Shown here in pieces: positions 11,193 through 24,956 of a DNA stretch of 64,000 nucleotides. Made by a program: the position numbers and the translations under genes. Positions within the stretch are counted from its first letter, which is position 1. Every line of letters starts with the position of its first letter. Below the pieces are notes generated by a model that was not told where the DNA came from, searched no databases, and saw nothing but the letters and a program-made list of their open reading frames with translations. Source of the stretch: Candidatus Eremiobacteria bacterium (GTDB lineage Bacteria > Vulcanimicrobiota > Vulcanimicrobiia > Vulcanimicrobiales > Vulcanimicrobiaceae); NCBI GenBank assembly GCA_963758295.1, contig CAVWUU010000004.1, positions 1,056,001 to 1,120,000 of the forward strand, read 5' to 3'.

Positions 11193-12878
11193 CTATTGAC
11201 AGCCGGTACCGCCGCCAGTGAGCAGCACGTACGAACCGCCCGAGGCGACCGGCAACGGATTGGTTACCGCTTGTCCTTCGATGTCGTTGTAGGTGTGGTT
11301 GCTCGGGAGCTTTGCGGACTCGGTTTGTGCGGAGCCGGAGTTAATGATCGCCATGCCGTTCTGATAGCGGCGATAGTAGATCTGCGGATTGGCCGGGTCG
11401 TAGCTCGGTCCGCCGTATGCCGCGGCGCACGGTTTGCCCAGGTTCGTTCCGTACTCGGCGTGGTATTGTTCGGCGCCGTATCCGTAGCCGGCGCTGTTGT
11501 GTCCGACCACGAACAGATCCAAGTTCCCTTCGTTCGTGAGCAAGTACGTGGCGAGCGAGTACTCGACGTGCGAGTTCGGGATGACGCCGTTACGGTCTTG
11601 ATCGTACTTGTCGATCACGATCATCGCTTTGCCTTGCTGCTGGACCCACTCAGCGTACCGGTACGTCGTCCCGTAGTACGAAGCCGGAACGCTTCCATAA
11701 TCGGTGAAGCCCGCTTCGCTCATCGTTACGTCCACGTTCGAGAGAAGCCGTTGTTCGTTCGCGTCGGTCGTGCTGCCGGCCGGGTGATTGACGATGATCG
11801 AGAGGTTGTTGCCGTTTGCCACGGCGCGTGCTTGCGCGACCCAATTCAAGATGTCGCTCGTGAACGTCGGGTCTTTCGTTCCTGTGTAGACGCGGTTGAA
11901 ACTGCCGTCTGTGTTGTACGTGCCGCAACCGTATTCGCCGGCGACCTTCGTTTGACCGAGTTCCGGATTACCGCCGAGCATGAAGTTGTTGAAGATCACT
12001 TCATCGAGCGCCATCGCGTTATAATTGTTCGCTTTTACGTACGCCAGAAGCGTTCCCAACTGATACTGCACGACTTGTGGATTGTGAATGTTCAACGGCA
12101 CGTCTTGGAAGCCGTCGCCCGGTGTATACGCGTAGTCTTTCGTCGGGTTCCCGTTCGAATCGCAGGCGTACATGATCCAATCCGGATGGTTCTGCTGGAA
12201 GTATTGGAGGTTGTTTCCGGACACGAGCAGGTTGTCTTCAGTGACGATGTAGTATCGCGAGACGAGCGCCTGCTGATTTGCCGCGCGCCACGGCGCCGGA
12301 TTGAACGATCCCCAGACCGCGTCGTAACGATTCGCATCTTGCGAAATCTGCGAACTGCTCATTTGCGTGTTCAGGCCGGGGAAGAAGTCGAACACCTGCG
12401 CGAGTCCTACGCGTCCATACGTGCTCCGAATGCGCGAGGCGGGCGCGGGTGTTGAGACCGTGCCGCCGGGCGTCGCCGTCGGCGCGGGTGTCGGCGTGTG
12501 CGGCGGAGGCGTAGGCGTAGACACCGGCGTCGCGCTAGGCGTTGGTTTCGGCGTCGGTGTTTGGCCGACAGGCGTGGGCGTTGGTTTGGGCGTTGGTGTC
12601 GAGCCGACCGGTGTCGCCGTTGGCTTAGGCGTCGGCGTCGAGCCGACAGGCGTAGAGGTCGGCTTGGGCGTCGGTGTCGATCCCACAGGCGTCGGCGTCG
12701 GAGCCGGCGTTGCCGTCGCTCCTTGAGTCGGCGTGGCCGTCGGTGGGGCTCCCGACGGCACCGGAGTGCCGCCGGGACCGTTTGGAATAACGCCGCCGGA
12801 AGATCCGCCGCCGCCTCCACCGCATGCTGCGAGAGCGAGAGTGAGTGCAGCGAAGACCGCGAGCAGCGACGCTTTCAT
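11193..12878 (-). CDS. Lipoprotein with Gly run, Pro/Thr linker and putative glycoside-hydrolase-like barrel domain
   Basis: Lipobox [12 protein letters not shown] repeats, then [11 protein letters not shown]...VPLNIHNP...YNAMALDEV...YYRRYQNG; the GH-like fold is inferred. Confidence 0.75.
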   Translation of the reverse strand: MKASLLAVFAALTLALAACGGGGGGSSGGVIPNGPGGTPVPSGAPPTATPTQGATATPAPTPTPVGSTPTPKPTSTPVGSTPTPKPTATPVGSTPTPKPTPTPVGQTPTPKPTPSATPVSTPTPPPHTPTPAPTATPGGTVSTPAPASRIRSTYGRVGLAQVFDFFPGLNTQMSSSQISQDANRYDAVWGSFNPAPWRAANQQALVSRYYIVTEDNLLVSGNNLQYFQQNHPDWIMYACDSNGNPTKDYAYTPGDGFQDVPLNIHNPQVVQYQLGTLLAYVKANNYNAMALDEVIFNNFMLGGNPELGQTKVAGEYGCGTYNTDGSFNRVYTGTKDPTFTSDILNWVAQARAVANGNNLSIIVNHPAGSTTDANEQRLLSNVDVTMSEAGFTDYGSVPASYYGTTYRYAEWVQQQGKAMIVIDKYDQDRNGVIPNSHVEYSLATYLLTNEGNLDLFVVGHNSAGYGYGAEQYHAEYGTNLGKPCAAAYGGPSYDPANPQIYYRRYQNGMAIINSGSAQTESAKLPSNHTYNDIEGQAVTNPLPVASGGSYVLLTGGGTGCQ

Positions 12879-13043
12879 CTTTTGTTATGATCCCATTAGA
12901 ACAGAGTGCAACGGAGCTTGAGTGTATCAAGCACCATGCACGCGCATGCACAGACGAATAGGGTGTATGCGGGGGGCTAAACGTCCTAATGAGTCACAAG
13001 GAAGCGCACGTCAAACAACAACGCGCCCGCTTCTTCTTTTCGA

Positions 13044-14546
13044 TCATGAACAACCGTTTGCGCTCGTTGTAAGCACGTACGCGTCGTTTGAATTAACGGC
13101 AAGCGGGTTAGCAACCGGACGCCCTTCAATGTCGGTGTAAGCATGCGACAAAAGGGTCGCTCGTTCGCTAGGTTTCGGCAGCGATCCCGAATTTACAATC
13201 GCTATTCCATGTGCGAAGCGGCGATAGTAGATATGCGGATTGGTCGCGTCGTAGCCGGCTCCTCCATACATGGCGCCGCACGCCGCACCAAGCGGAACTT
13301 TGTATTCCGAAAAATACTGCTCCGCGCCGTAGCCGTCACGCCCGTTGTGGCCGCCGACAAAAAGGTCTGCCGAGCCTTCGTTACCGAGCAAATACGTAGC
13401 GATGGAGTACTCCACTTGATTCGAAGTCGCGCGTCCGGAATCGTCGGCAAATTTATCGATATCCACGAACGCAACGCCGAGCGACTGGACGTACTTCATG
13501 TACGAAATCGTTCCGCTAAATAGACTCTGATACGCGGGCTGATTGTAGTTGCCGTAATCGGAGAATCCCGCTTCGTCCATCGTCGCATCGACGTTCGAAA
13601 GCAACACGCGTTCGTTCGGATCTCTGGTACTCCCGGCGGGATGATTGACGACAAGACGGAGATGGTACGGCGAGAAGCCTGGATCCGTGTTCAGAATGCG
13701 CCGTGCCGCGACAATCCAATTTACGATGTCGCTGTTCCACGCGGGATCGCTTGGCGACGTATACCGTTTCGTGAACGTGCCGCCGGCGTTCCAAATGCCG
13801 CAGCCGAATTCACCCGGCTTTTTCGTTTCGCCAAGGAACGGATTTCCGCCGAGCATGACGTCGTGGAAAATCACTTCATCGATGCCGACGGCGTTGTAAC
13901 CGTTTCTGATTACGTAAGGCGCAAGGCTCTGACGGATTTGATAGTCGACAACGCTAGGATTATGAATGTCCAGCGGAACGTCGGCGAAACCGTCTCCGGG
14001 CGTGTAGGCGATATCATGCGTCGGATTACCGCTCGCATCGCACGCGTACATAATCCAGTCGGGATGATTCTGCTGCCACCAGGAGAGCTTGCGGCCGGAA
14101 ATGATCGTGTTGTCTTCTTCCAGGATGTAATAGCGGGAAGCGATCGTCGCCGAGTGAGCGCTTCGCCAAAGGTTGGGACGCGACGTTGCCCAGACCAGAT
14201 CGTAGCGCGAAGCGTTGCTCGCTATTTCCGATGCGCCGAGCATGGAATCGAAAATCTGCGCCAGTCCGATACGGCCGGCGGTGTTTGGAATTCCTGAGGG
14301 CGGATAAGAGGCGGCAGACGGCGTGGGCGTCGGCTTGGGCGTTGAGGTTGGAGCTTGAGTCGGCGAGGGCGTACTACTATGTTGCGGAGCCGGTGACTCC
14401 GAAGGCGGCACTCCATTGCCCTGGCCGCCTCCGGGAATGACGCCGTCAGGCGCACCGGAACCGCCGCCGCCGCCGCCTCCGCAAGAAGCAAGCGCAAAAA
14501 TCAACGCGGGTACAAAGAGTCGTGATGCCGTCATGAAAAGCCCCAC
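13044..14546 (-). CDS. Lipoprotein paralogue of 11193-12878
   Basis: LASC-GGGGGGG lipobox; shares long blocks ([46 protein letters not shown]). Confidence 0.78.
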   Translation of the reverse strand: MGLFMTASRLFVPALIFALASCGGGGGGGSGAPDGVIPGGGQGNGVPPSESPAPQHSSTPSPTQAPTSTPKPTPTPSAASYPPSGIPNTAGRIGLAQIFDSMLGASEIASNASRYDLVWATSRPNLWRSAHSATIASRYYILEEDNTIISGRKLSWWQQNHPDWIMYACDASGNPTHDIAYTPGDGFADVPLDIHNPSVVDYQIRQSLAPYVIRNGYNAVGIDEVIFHDVMLGGNPFLGETKKPGEFGCGIWNAGGTFTKRYTSPSDPAWNSDIVNWIVAARRILNTDPGFSPYHLRLVVNHPAGSTRDPNERVLLSNVDATMDEAGFSDYGNYNQPAYQSLFSGTISYMKYVQSLGVAFVDIDKFADDSGRATSNQVEYSIATYLLGNEGSADLFVGGHNGRDGYGAEQYFSEYKVPLGAACGAMYGGAGYDATNPHIYYRRFAHGIAIVNSGSLPKPSERATLLSHAYTDIEGRPVANPLAVNSNDAYVLTTSANGCS

Positions 14547-14613
14547 CTCTACACCTTAAAAGATGGCGGCAGCGGCTCACCGGATCAAGAGCCAAAGATG
14601 CGCTTGCTTCTCG

Positions 14614-15553
14614 TTATGAGGGGACGCTTTCGATGAACGGCCCTAGATCAAAGCGGCCTTTCTTCGAGGCAAGCGGCGCCCATAAATCGCCCGCTTCTGC
14701 GATTCGTTCCATCATGTTGTCGATGCGAAAATCTTCGATCCGGACGCCGTCTTCGATTTCGTCCCACGTAATCGGCGCGGAGACGCTCGCCACCGGCGTC
14801 GGACGCACGGAATAGACCGACGCAAGCGTCGAGCCCCACCGGTTTTGATTGTAATCGACCAACACGCGTCCGGGTGGCCGCTTTTCCTTTTTGTATTCCG
14901 CGGTGCTGAGAGTAGGATCGTGACGCGCGACGCCTTGCGCGAAAGCCTTTGCAAAGGTCCACACTTGTTTTTGCAACGGCCCGCGAACGATCGGAACGTA
15001 AACGTGAATGCCCTTGGAACCCGACGTTTTTGCGTAGCTTGGCATGCCCAAGCCGGCCAAGCCGTCCCGAACGAGCAGCGCGACTTCGCGCACCCGTTCG
15101 AACGGCGCACTGCCCGGGTCTAAATCGAAATGCACGTAATCGGGACGGTCGATGTCGTCGCACGTCGCGTACCATTGATTCAAATCAATGCACCCCAGAT
15201 TGACGATCCACAGCAGCGAAGCAAGATCGTTTGCCATGGGGAAATCGATCACGTTGCCGGAGCGGTGTTCGATGCGACACGTTTCGATCCAATCCGGATG
15301 CGGCGACGGCGTGCGCTTCATGAAAAAGAAGTCGCCATCGGCACCATTCGGATATCGCTTCATCACCATCGCGCGCGCTTCCACGTGCGGCAGCAAGTAG
15401 GGCGAGACGTCGGCGTAGTATTGCAACAGATCGCGCTTCGCGGCACCGGTTTTCGGAAAGAAGACCTTGTTCAAATTCGTTACCGCAACGCTCTTTGCGG
15501 CCTATTTTCAAGGTCGCGGAGTCAACGCCGGCAGGTATTTGAAGCGATGCCAT
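14614..15553 (-). CDS. LigD-type primase-polymerase (stand-alone PolDom), frameshift near 15494
   Basis: TNLNKVFFP, KRYPNG, FDLDPG, KTSGSKGIHV, DYNQN, YSVRP; the N-terminus MASLQIP... joins after removing one base. Confidence 0.9.
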
Positions 15554-15556
15554 GCT

Positions 15557-17237
15557 TCACGCTTGTACCCGAGTTGCCTGGCGTAACAACGTTCGTGCGT
15601 GCTCGAGCGCAATGTCGTGGGATTCACCCGAAAGCATGCGCGCGAGTTCGGCGGCACGTTTCTCCTCGCCGGTGATCTCCCTCACCGCGATCGTCGTATT
15701 GCCCTTAGCCTCGCGCTTCTCGAGAATGTAATGCCGGTCTGCCCACGTTGCCAGCTGCGCGAGATGCGTTACGCAAACGACTTGCCCGTCGCGCGCCAGC
15801 TTTCCGAGCCGCGTTCCAACGGCCGTTGCCGTGGCGCCCCCGATCCCGGCGTCGATCTCGTCGAAAATCAATGCGCTCCGTTCGCGGGCGGATGCCAGCA
15901 CGACGACAAGAGCGAGCAGTACGCGCGAAAGTTCTCCCCCGGAAGCCACGCGCGCGAGCGGACGCGGCTGTTCGCCGGCGTTTGCAGCAAAGGTGAATTC
16001 GACGTTTTCGGCGCCTTCGGCGCCGATCGGTTCGAGGGAAGTAAAGGCGCAATCGAATTGCGCCGACGGCAGTGCCAGCTCTTTGAGTTCCGCGACCACA
16101 CCACGCGACAAACGCTGCGCGGTTTTCATGCGAATCGCCGTAAGCTTCCCCGCCTCGGCTCCTAAGTGCGCTTGCGCGCGAAGAAGCGCTTCGTGCAGTT
16201 CGGCGTGCCGCTCGTCGCGCGACTCGTGCGCGGAAACGATCGCACGCGCTTCTTCGGCACGCTCGAGGACGCGCTCTAGCGTCGCCCCGTACTTGCGCTT
16301 TAGCTTGTCAAGCACGTCCAGGCGCGTATTGATCGTTTCCAATTCGCCTGCGTCGAATTCGCCGGAATCGGCTTCGCGCGCAATGCGAACGGCAAGTTCC
16401 GTCGCCTCGCTTTGCAACGCGCGCGCCTGGGACGCCATTTCGGAAAGCTCCCCGGCAATATCCGCGATCCCGTCGAGCGCGGAACTTGCCGCACCGAACG
16501 CGGAGCTGGCCGAACCCTCATCGCCGGCAAGCGCTTCGTGAGCGGCACGCAGCGACGCCAAGATCCTTTCGGCGTTGTCTAGGTAACGCCGCCGCTCCGT
16601 CAGCCGTCTGTCTTCGCCGGCCTGCGGTGCCCCGTCTTCGATTTCTTCCAGCGCGAACCGTTCATCGGCATAGCGTTCTTCCGCTTTACGTTCGTTAGAT
16701 TGCAGCTCGTGCAGTTCGCGAGCACGCGTTGAGACCGTGGCGTGGGCGGCAGCGACCGCTTCACGCGCGAGCGCAGCGTTGCTGCCTCCGAAGCGGTCCA
16801 GCAAATGAAGATGAAACGACGGCACGAGCAATCGCTGCGCTTCGTGCTGCCCCACGATCTCCGCAAGACGCCCGGCAATCTCACGAACGTACGAGGCCGT
16901 CGCCGAACGTCCGTTCACGCGGACGCTGGATTTGCCCGCGTCATTCATCTCGCGCACGATCGTCGCTTCCTCGCCGGGATCGACTTCAAAGCCGGCAGCG
17001 GTAAGAAATGCCGCAAAACCCTCATCGGGGTCGAACGCCAAAGTAACGGCGGCTTTGGCAGCGCCGCGACGTACTACGTCGGCGCTCGCACGCGAGCCGA
17101 GCGCGAAGGCGAGCGCGCCGAGAATCATGGTCTTGCCCGAACCGGTCTCGCCGGTAAAGATAGTCGCGCCCTCGGGCAAACGCAATTTCTGCGCGTTCGA
17201 TCAGGCCGTAGTTTTCGATCGCCAGTGTTCGGAGCAT
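15557..17237 (-). CDS. recN: DNA repair protein RecN (frameshift near 17180)
   Basis: MLRTLAIENYGLIE, TGETGSGKT, VASGGELSR, LIFDEIDAG, VTHLAQ. Confidence 0.93.
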
Positions 17238-17255
17238 AGCGTCGCTAGAGTCTCT

Positions 17256-18134
17256 TTACCGCGGCGGCGCTTTGATGGAAACACCCCAACGCATCTTTCC
17301 TTCAGCCGCTCGAAGAAGCGAAGCGGACAAAGACGCGCGAAGCGCACTGTTTTCGGATGGCGCCGGACGGCTACGCACGTGATCGGGGCCGATATCCGCG
17401 AGCACGTCGCCGTCACATTCCAAATGCGCTTGCGCAATTTCCGAATCGCACGTGATCTCGATGTCGCGAGCTGGCCGGAACGATGAGCGGACGAGAAAAT
17501 AGCGTGTGCGGCAGCAGCGGCACGATTCCGAACGCGTCGACGCGCGGCGAAATGATCGAGCCGCCGGCGGAAAGAAAATACGCCGTCGATCCGGTCGGCG
17601 TCGCGACGCAGATGCCGTCGGCCGGAATATCGGCGATATGTTCGTCGTCCAAGCTCAGGCCAAACGGAACGATTCGCGACACGTCGCCTTTGCGCACGAC
17701 GACGTCGTTGAGCGCAAAGAACGTGCGGCCATCGTACTCGGCTTCGAGTGCGACGCGTTCTTCGACGACAAGCCCGCGCTCGACGAGCTCGGGAAGGTCG
17801 TCGATGCGCGGATCGCCCGCATCGAGTTCGGTGAGAAATCCGAGGCGTCCGGTGTTGATGCCGAGCAACGGGGCATCGTTTTCCGTTGCGACGCGCGCGG
17901 CGCGCAACAACGTCCCGTCGCCGCCGACCGTGATGAACAAGCGCGGCATCGTCGGCGCCGCGCTCACCGTCGTGAGGAATACCGAGCCGCTCGTGCTGAC
18001 CTTTCCACACCGCAACTGCCGAAGCCGCGTTCGCGAAACGATTCGGCGATGCGCGCCGCGAGCGGCGGGCCGTCTTCGCGTTCGACGTCGACGTAGAGCG
18101 TGATGAGCTTCGTTCCGATGCGCAGCTTCGTCAT
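17256..18134 (-). CDS. ppnK: NAD kinase (several frameshifts)
   Basis: [36 protein letters not shown]. Confidence 0.9.
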
Positions 18135-18921
18135 GTACGGGGCTCCTTCGCCAACGACTTCGTCGATTCGTGCGTCGTCGACCGGCGTGCCGTCGCGGCG
18201 AAACTCCATGAGGAATTCGCGGTTGCCGGCGGGGCCAAGCAACGGCGAGGCGACCAGCCGCCGCGGCGATCAAGTCCCAAAGCTGCGGCCGCGTCGCGTA
18301 CTTCTTGCAAGCACCGCGCGATGGACGGCCGGGTCGCGTACCACGCCGCCGCGCGCCCAACCGTTCCCGCCCGGCCTCGAATTGCGGCTTCACCAGGGCC
18401 ACGATGACGCCGTCGTCGCGCAAATAGGCGACGGCGCGCGCGAGAATCGGTACGCAGCGAAATGAACGACGTATCGATCACGATCGACATCGAACCGTCC
18501 GGGAACGCTTCGTCGGCAGCATGGCGGAAGTTCGTGCGTTCGATCACGGTGACGCGCGCATCGTTTCGCAGCTTCCAATCGAGTTGTCCGTAGCCAACGT
18601 CGATGGCGGTAACGTGCGCGGCGCCGCGTTGCAACAGACAGTCGGTGAAGCCGCCGGTCGAAGCACCGACGTCGAGCGCATGCGAGCCCGGTAACGTCGA
18701 TGTTGAACGCTTCAAGCGCGCTTCGAGTTTTTCGCCGCCGCGGCTGACAAAGCGGCGCGGGCGCTTCGATCTCGATCTTCGGCACCGTCGCGAACGTGTT
18801 GCCCGGCCTTCGTAGCCGGTGCGCCGTTGATGCGAACGCGGCCTTCCATGATCAGGCTGCGCGCTTGCGAGCGCGTCATTCCGGTTCTTTCCGCTACGGC
18901 CTCGTCGAGTCGCCGGGCCAC
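18131..18921 (-). CDS. tlyA: TlyA family rRNA methyltransferase (several frameshifts)
   Basis: S4 domain ([17 protein letters not shown]), [42 protein letters not shown]. Confidence 0.9.
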
Positions 18922-18925
18922 GGCG

Positions 18926-19135
18926 CTATTGAGCCGGCGCCTGTCGTTCATGGCGTGATCGACTTGCTCTTGCGCGCTGTCGCAGCAACATCTCGCATTC
19001 GCGCGCGAACGTTTTACCTTCTTTGAAAAGCTCGATTGCGCGATCCAGATCGACGCGCCCGCTTTCGAGCTCTTTGACGATCGCATCGATGCGCTCGAGC
19101 TTTTCTTCGAATGTTCTTCGGGACGCGTCATTCAT
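18926..19135 (-). CDS. xseB: Exodeoxyribonuclease VII small subunit
   Basis: TFEEKLERIDAIVKELESGRVDLDRAIELFKEG. Confidence 0.88.
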   Translation of the reverse strand: MNDASRRTFEEKLERIDAIVKELESGRVDLDRAIELFKEGKTFARECEMLLRQRARASRSRHERQAPAQ

Positions 19136-20478
19136 CAGGATGCACCGTTTCGACGCGCGCATCGAGCGTTCCGTGCTGCGACTCGTGCCGAGATCGCGTC
19201 GCCCGGCTGCACGTCGCGCCGCGCTGCGCACGACCTGGCCTTCCGCGCAGGATGATTGCGTAGCCGCGCGCCGAGCGGCGCGTTCGGATCGAGCGGCATC
19301 GAGCGCGCGTCGAGCGTCAACTCGACGGCATTCGACCGGCGGACCTGAGGCGCTCCCAGGCGCGGAACGAGACGCGATTCGCGGGTTGTTCCGCGTCGAC
19401 GCCACGTTCTCGAATGCGCGCGCCGGCCACGTTTCCAACCTCGCGCGTAAACCCGCGAGGCGCTGCATGCGATTCGATAGCCGTTGCGCCGGACTTTGTG
19501 CGTTCAGACGACGCTCTAACGCGATGAGCGCTCTCGACGCTTCGCGCCGTCCGACCGTTCCCACGCGCGCTCGAGACTGTCGTGTACTTGATCGCCGCGT
19601 TGAAGCGCGCGCACCAGGACGTCGCGCATCTCGCGATCGAGCTGTGATCGCAGACGCTCCAAGACGTTCGTCGCCGCGCTGCCAGAGATTCGCAATGTAT
19701 TGCGCGGCATTCGACGGCGTTTCGCACGCAAGATCGGCCACGTCGTCGGCGAGATGGTGGTCGCCGGTATGGCCGATCCCGGTGATCACCGGCGCGCACG
19801 TGCGTAGGATCGCGCGAACGACCGGCTCCAGATTGAACGCGAAAAAGTCTTCGTAAGAACCGCCGCCGCGCGCGAGCACGATCGCGTCGGCGCTGCAAGC
19901 GGCTCGCCCGGTCGAGCGCGGCCGCAATTTCGACTTCGGCGCCGATACCTTGCACGCGCGTTTCGACGAACTCGACGCTCGACGTGCGGCGCGCGATCGC
20001 GAAGGACCGTTTCGAAATCTTCTGCGCCTTTGCCCTCGCGCGGAGACCAGCGCCACTCGGCGAGGGAATCGCGGAATACGGCGCTTGCGCTCCTGCGCGA
20101 AAAGGCCTTCGCGGCGGAAGCGCTCTTTGAGCGCTTCGTATTGCGCGTAGAGTTCGCCGATCCCGGTGAGCCGCAACATCGTCCACGAGCATCTCGTAGC
20201 GGCTGCGGCGTTCTTGCACGCGAATCGAGCCGTAGCGCGATCACCGCAGTGCCTAACGGCACGTTCGGAAAGTTTCGCGCGCGATTGTGGTAAGCAAAGC
20301 ATTCCAGCACCGCTTGCGCGATCTTTTATCGTAAAGTACACGCCGTTTTGGCGGGGATTCCACTGCGAAATTTCGCCGCTGATTCCGATGTATTCGAATG
20401 GGCGAACGCGCCGGAAAACCTCGCGCAGGCGCGCAGCGAACTCTCCAACGCTAACGAACGACCGATAGGGGCTTCCAC
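19135..20478 (-). CDS. xseA: Exodeoxyribonuclease VII large subunit (several frameshifts)
   Basis: GEISQW, YFTIKD, LKERFRREGLF, LARGGGSYED, ITGIGH, ETPSNAA. Confidence 0.88.
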
Positions 20479-22662
20479 GCTGCCTGTTTACGCTTCGGTC
20501 TCGGCGTAGAAGCAGGCTGTGCGCTATCGAGCGGCACGTAATTCTTCCCATCGCCGACCGTATTCGGCGGCTGCGTCGCGTCGGGCGCGAGCGTGTCCCC
20601 GGCTCCCGAAGTATCGACGGCCGCAGGCGTATCGAGCGTTGCGGGTGGCGTCGCCATCGAACGATCCACCGGCTGCGGCGTTCCCTGGGCCGCCTGGTCG
20701 TAGCCGCGATAACCGCACGAAACCGGCTCGGTGCCGTTCAAATAATATTCCGGCCGCCACCGCCGCAAGCGAGCTTTGACGACTTCATCGATCGGGAACG
20801 AGAAGTCGTGCTTGGGCGTCATCGCGAGCGCCGCTTTCATGAAGCGCGCCCAAATGCGCGCGGGAATGTTGCCGCCGTACGACTCGTTCATGCGCGAGTA
20901 ATCGTCGTTGCCGAGCCACACCGCCGTGACGAGATCCGGCGTGAAGCCCACGAACCAGGCGTCGCGGAAATCCGACGTCGTTCCGGTTTTGCCGGCGGCC
21001 GGACGGCCGATGATCGCATTGGGATAGCCGGTGCCCTTGATTGATCACGTCTTCCAGCATCGTCGTCATGATGTAGGCGGTCGCCGGCGCTGACGACTTC
21101 GTTGGCTTGCGGGTACTGATTGTCGAGCACGATGTTTCCGAGCGAATCTTTGACGAGCGCGGAACGGCGTAGGATCGACGTGAATGCCTTGGTTCGCAAT
21201 CGTTGAGTATCCGCTGGCCTGATCCAGACGGCGAAACGACGGAGGAACCCAGCGCGAGCGAAAGGTTCGCTTCGAGCGGCGACGTGACGCCCATGCGATG
21301 CGCGTATTCGATGACGCGATCGAAGCCGATGCGATCGGCTAGCTTCACCGCGACGACGTTGCGCGACTGCGCGAGCGCGTGCGCAGCGAAATGGCGCCCA
21401 TGTAGCTGTTGTCGTCGTCGTTCGGATGACCACGTGCGTGCCGTCGCCCATCGGATAGCCGACCGGCGTATCGTCGATAATCGTCGTTGCCGGCATGCCG
21501 CCGAATCGATGGCCGCGGTATACACGTAGGTTTTAAACGACGAACCGGGCTGGCGATGCGCTTGCCATGCGCGGTTGAACTGATTGTCCAGCGAAAAATG
21601 CGTGCCGCCGACCATCGCGACGATCTCGCCCGTCGACGGACGAATCGCAACGAGCGCTGCTTGATGCGCGTTGATGCCTTCGCTGCGCGGCCTGCACCGA
21701 CGCCCCAGTCACGGCTTCTTGCGCGATTTGTTGCATGCGCGGATCGAGCGCGTGTAGACTTGCAGGCCGCCTTCTTCGACGGCTTGTTTGCCGAACGAGC
21801 TTCTCCAGCTGAGCGATCACGTACGTCGTAAAGTACGGATGCGACATAGCCTTGCAATCCCGCGGCGCGTTCGCTCGCGAGTTCGATCGGGGCAGCTTAG
21901 GCATCAGTCGGCTTGCTGCTGCGTGATATAGCCGCTTTCGGCCATGCGATCGAGCACGTGGCGCTGGCGTTCGCGCGCGAGCTTCAAGATTGGCGAACGG
22001 CGAGTAGTCCGACGGCGCTGCGATGACGCCGGCCAGCATCGCCGCTTGCGCGCAGGGTGAGCTTGTGAACGCTACGCGCCGAAGTACGTGTGTGCAGCCG
22101 CGTCGACGCCATATGCGCCGGCAGCCGAGATAGATCATGTTGAGATAGCGCTCGAGGATTTCGTCTTTGGTGTAATAGCGCTCGATTTCCATCGCGAGCA
22201 GCGCTTCTTGAATCTTGCGCGACATCGAAACTTCGTCGTTCAAGAAACAAGCTTGCGTGCCAGCTGCTGCGTGATCGTCGAGGCGCCTTGGAATTGCTGA
22301 TGCGTGAGATCGGCGAACGCAGCGCGCACGATGCCGCCGAAGTCGACGCCGTGATGCTGGTAGAAGTTGTGGTCTTCGTTCGCGATAACCGCCTCCCGCA
22401 CGACCTGAGGAATTTCGCGAGCGGCACCCACACGCGATTCTCGCGATACACCGACGCGAGCTGCGTGCCGTCGCGCGCGAAGATTCGCGTCGAACTGCGC
22501 CGGCTGATAGTCCGCCATGCGGCTGATGTCGGGAAGATTGCGCGCGTAGGCCGCAACGATGCCGGCAATCGTGCCGGCGGCGAACAGCACGATCAGCAGC
22601 AGCGCCACGAGCAACGCCGCGCACGAAGCGCGGCGCACCGGCTGCGCCGCTTAGCCTGGCAT
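20451..22662 (-). CDS. Class A penicillin-binding protein (PBP1A family; many frameshifts, ends approximate)
   Basis: Fragments [68 protein letters not shown]. Confidence 0.88.
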
Positions 22663-23066
22663 CGCGTGCGCTCTTGCGCGACCGCATTAAGTACACCATT
22701 GACGAAACGACCGGAATCTTCGGTCGAAAATTTCTTGGCGAGCTCGACCGCCTCGTTGATGACGACGGCGGGCGGCGTGTCGGGACGGCAGCGCAACTCG
22801 AAGGTGCCCATCTCGCAGCAACAAACGATCGATCGTCGGCAAACGTTCGATCGTCCACCCTTCAAGAGCGGCCGCACCGTCGCGGTCCGCCTCCGGCGCG
22901 ATACTCGAGCGTTCCAAGCACGAGATCTCGCACGAACTGCGCGGTGCTCGGCGTCTCCGCGTTCGCCGACGACTTCGGTCAGCGCATCGCCGGCTCGCGA
23001 TGCCCGACTCGAAATGGAATACAGCGCTTGCAGCGCCTGTTCGCGGCCGACGCGGCGGGACGGCAC
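22660..23066 (-). CDS. nusB: Transcription antitermination factor NusB (frameshifted)
   Basis: [50 protein letters not shown]. Confidence 0.9.
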
Positions 23067-24429
<1,363 letters not shown>

Positions 24430-24452
24430 GATTGCCTACCTCTTGATGCGCG

Positions 24453-24878
24453 CTAACCGCGATCGATTTCGAAAAGCACTTGCCCGTATTCGACGGGGTC
24501 GCCGTCGCTTCGTTTCACCGAAACCATGCGGCCGGCGCCGAGGCTGCGAACGGGATTGCGGATCCCGAGCGCTTCGATATAGGCGAGTTCCCGATCGCCC
24601 TCCAACAGGTCGCCTTCGGCAACCGCCGGACGGCTGAAATGAAAGACTCCGACTAGATCGGCCTTGATCGTGTCGAACCGCAGCGGAGCAGCCTCGACGA
24701 TCGATTCGAGATCGGTTGGGATCTCCGGCACGAAGTCGGGGTGCATCGCTCGGCGGCCGAGTTCAATGCGCTCGCCTGCACGGTCAACGCTCAGGCGCAT
24801 CAAATCGGTCGTGACGAAGAGGTCGGCGAGCTGTCTTACGCGCTCGGCAACCCCGGTCTGAAGTTGGTCGTCGGACAT
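24453..24878 (-). CDS. Biotin carboxyl carrier protein-like protein lacking the biotin-accepting Lys
   Basis: IKADLVGVF...VAEGD...IEALGIRNPV...DGDPVEYGQVLFEI resembles AccB, but EAMKM reads EALGI; immediately upstream of accC; start uncertain (24878 or 24923). Confidence 0.8.
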   Translation of the reverse strand: MSDDQLQTGVAERVRQLADLFVTTDLMRLSVDRAGERIELGRRAMHPDFVPEIPTDLESIVEAAPLRFDTIKADLVGVFHFSRPAVAEGDLLEGDRELAYIEALGIRNPVRSLGAGRMVSVKRSDGDPVEYGQVLFEIDRG

Positions 24879-24956
24879 GAGCGCTACCGATTCGCTATCC
24901 ACGACGAGGGCTCCGGCCGACAAGCCTAAGCCGGCTTGACCTCGGCCGCCCGGCCC

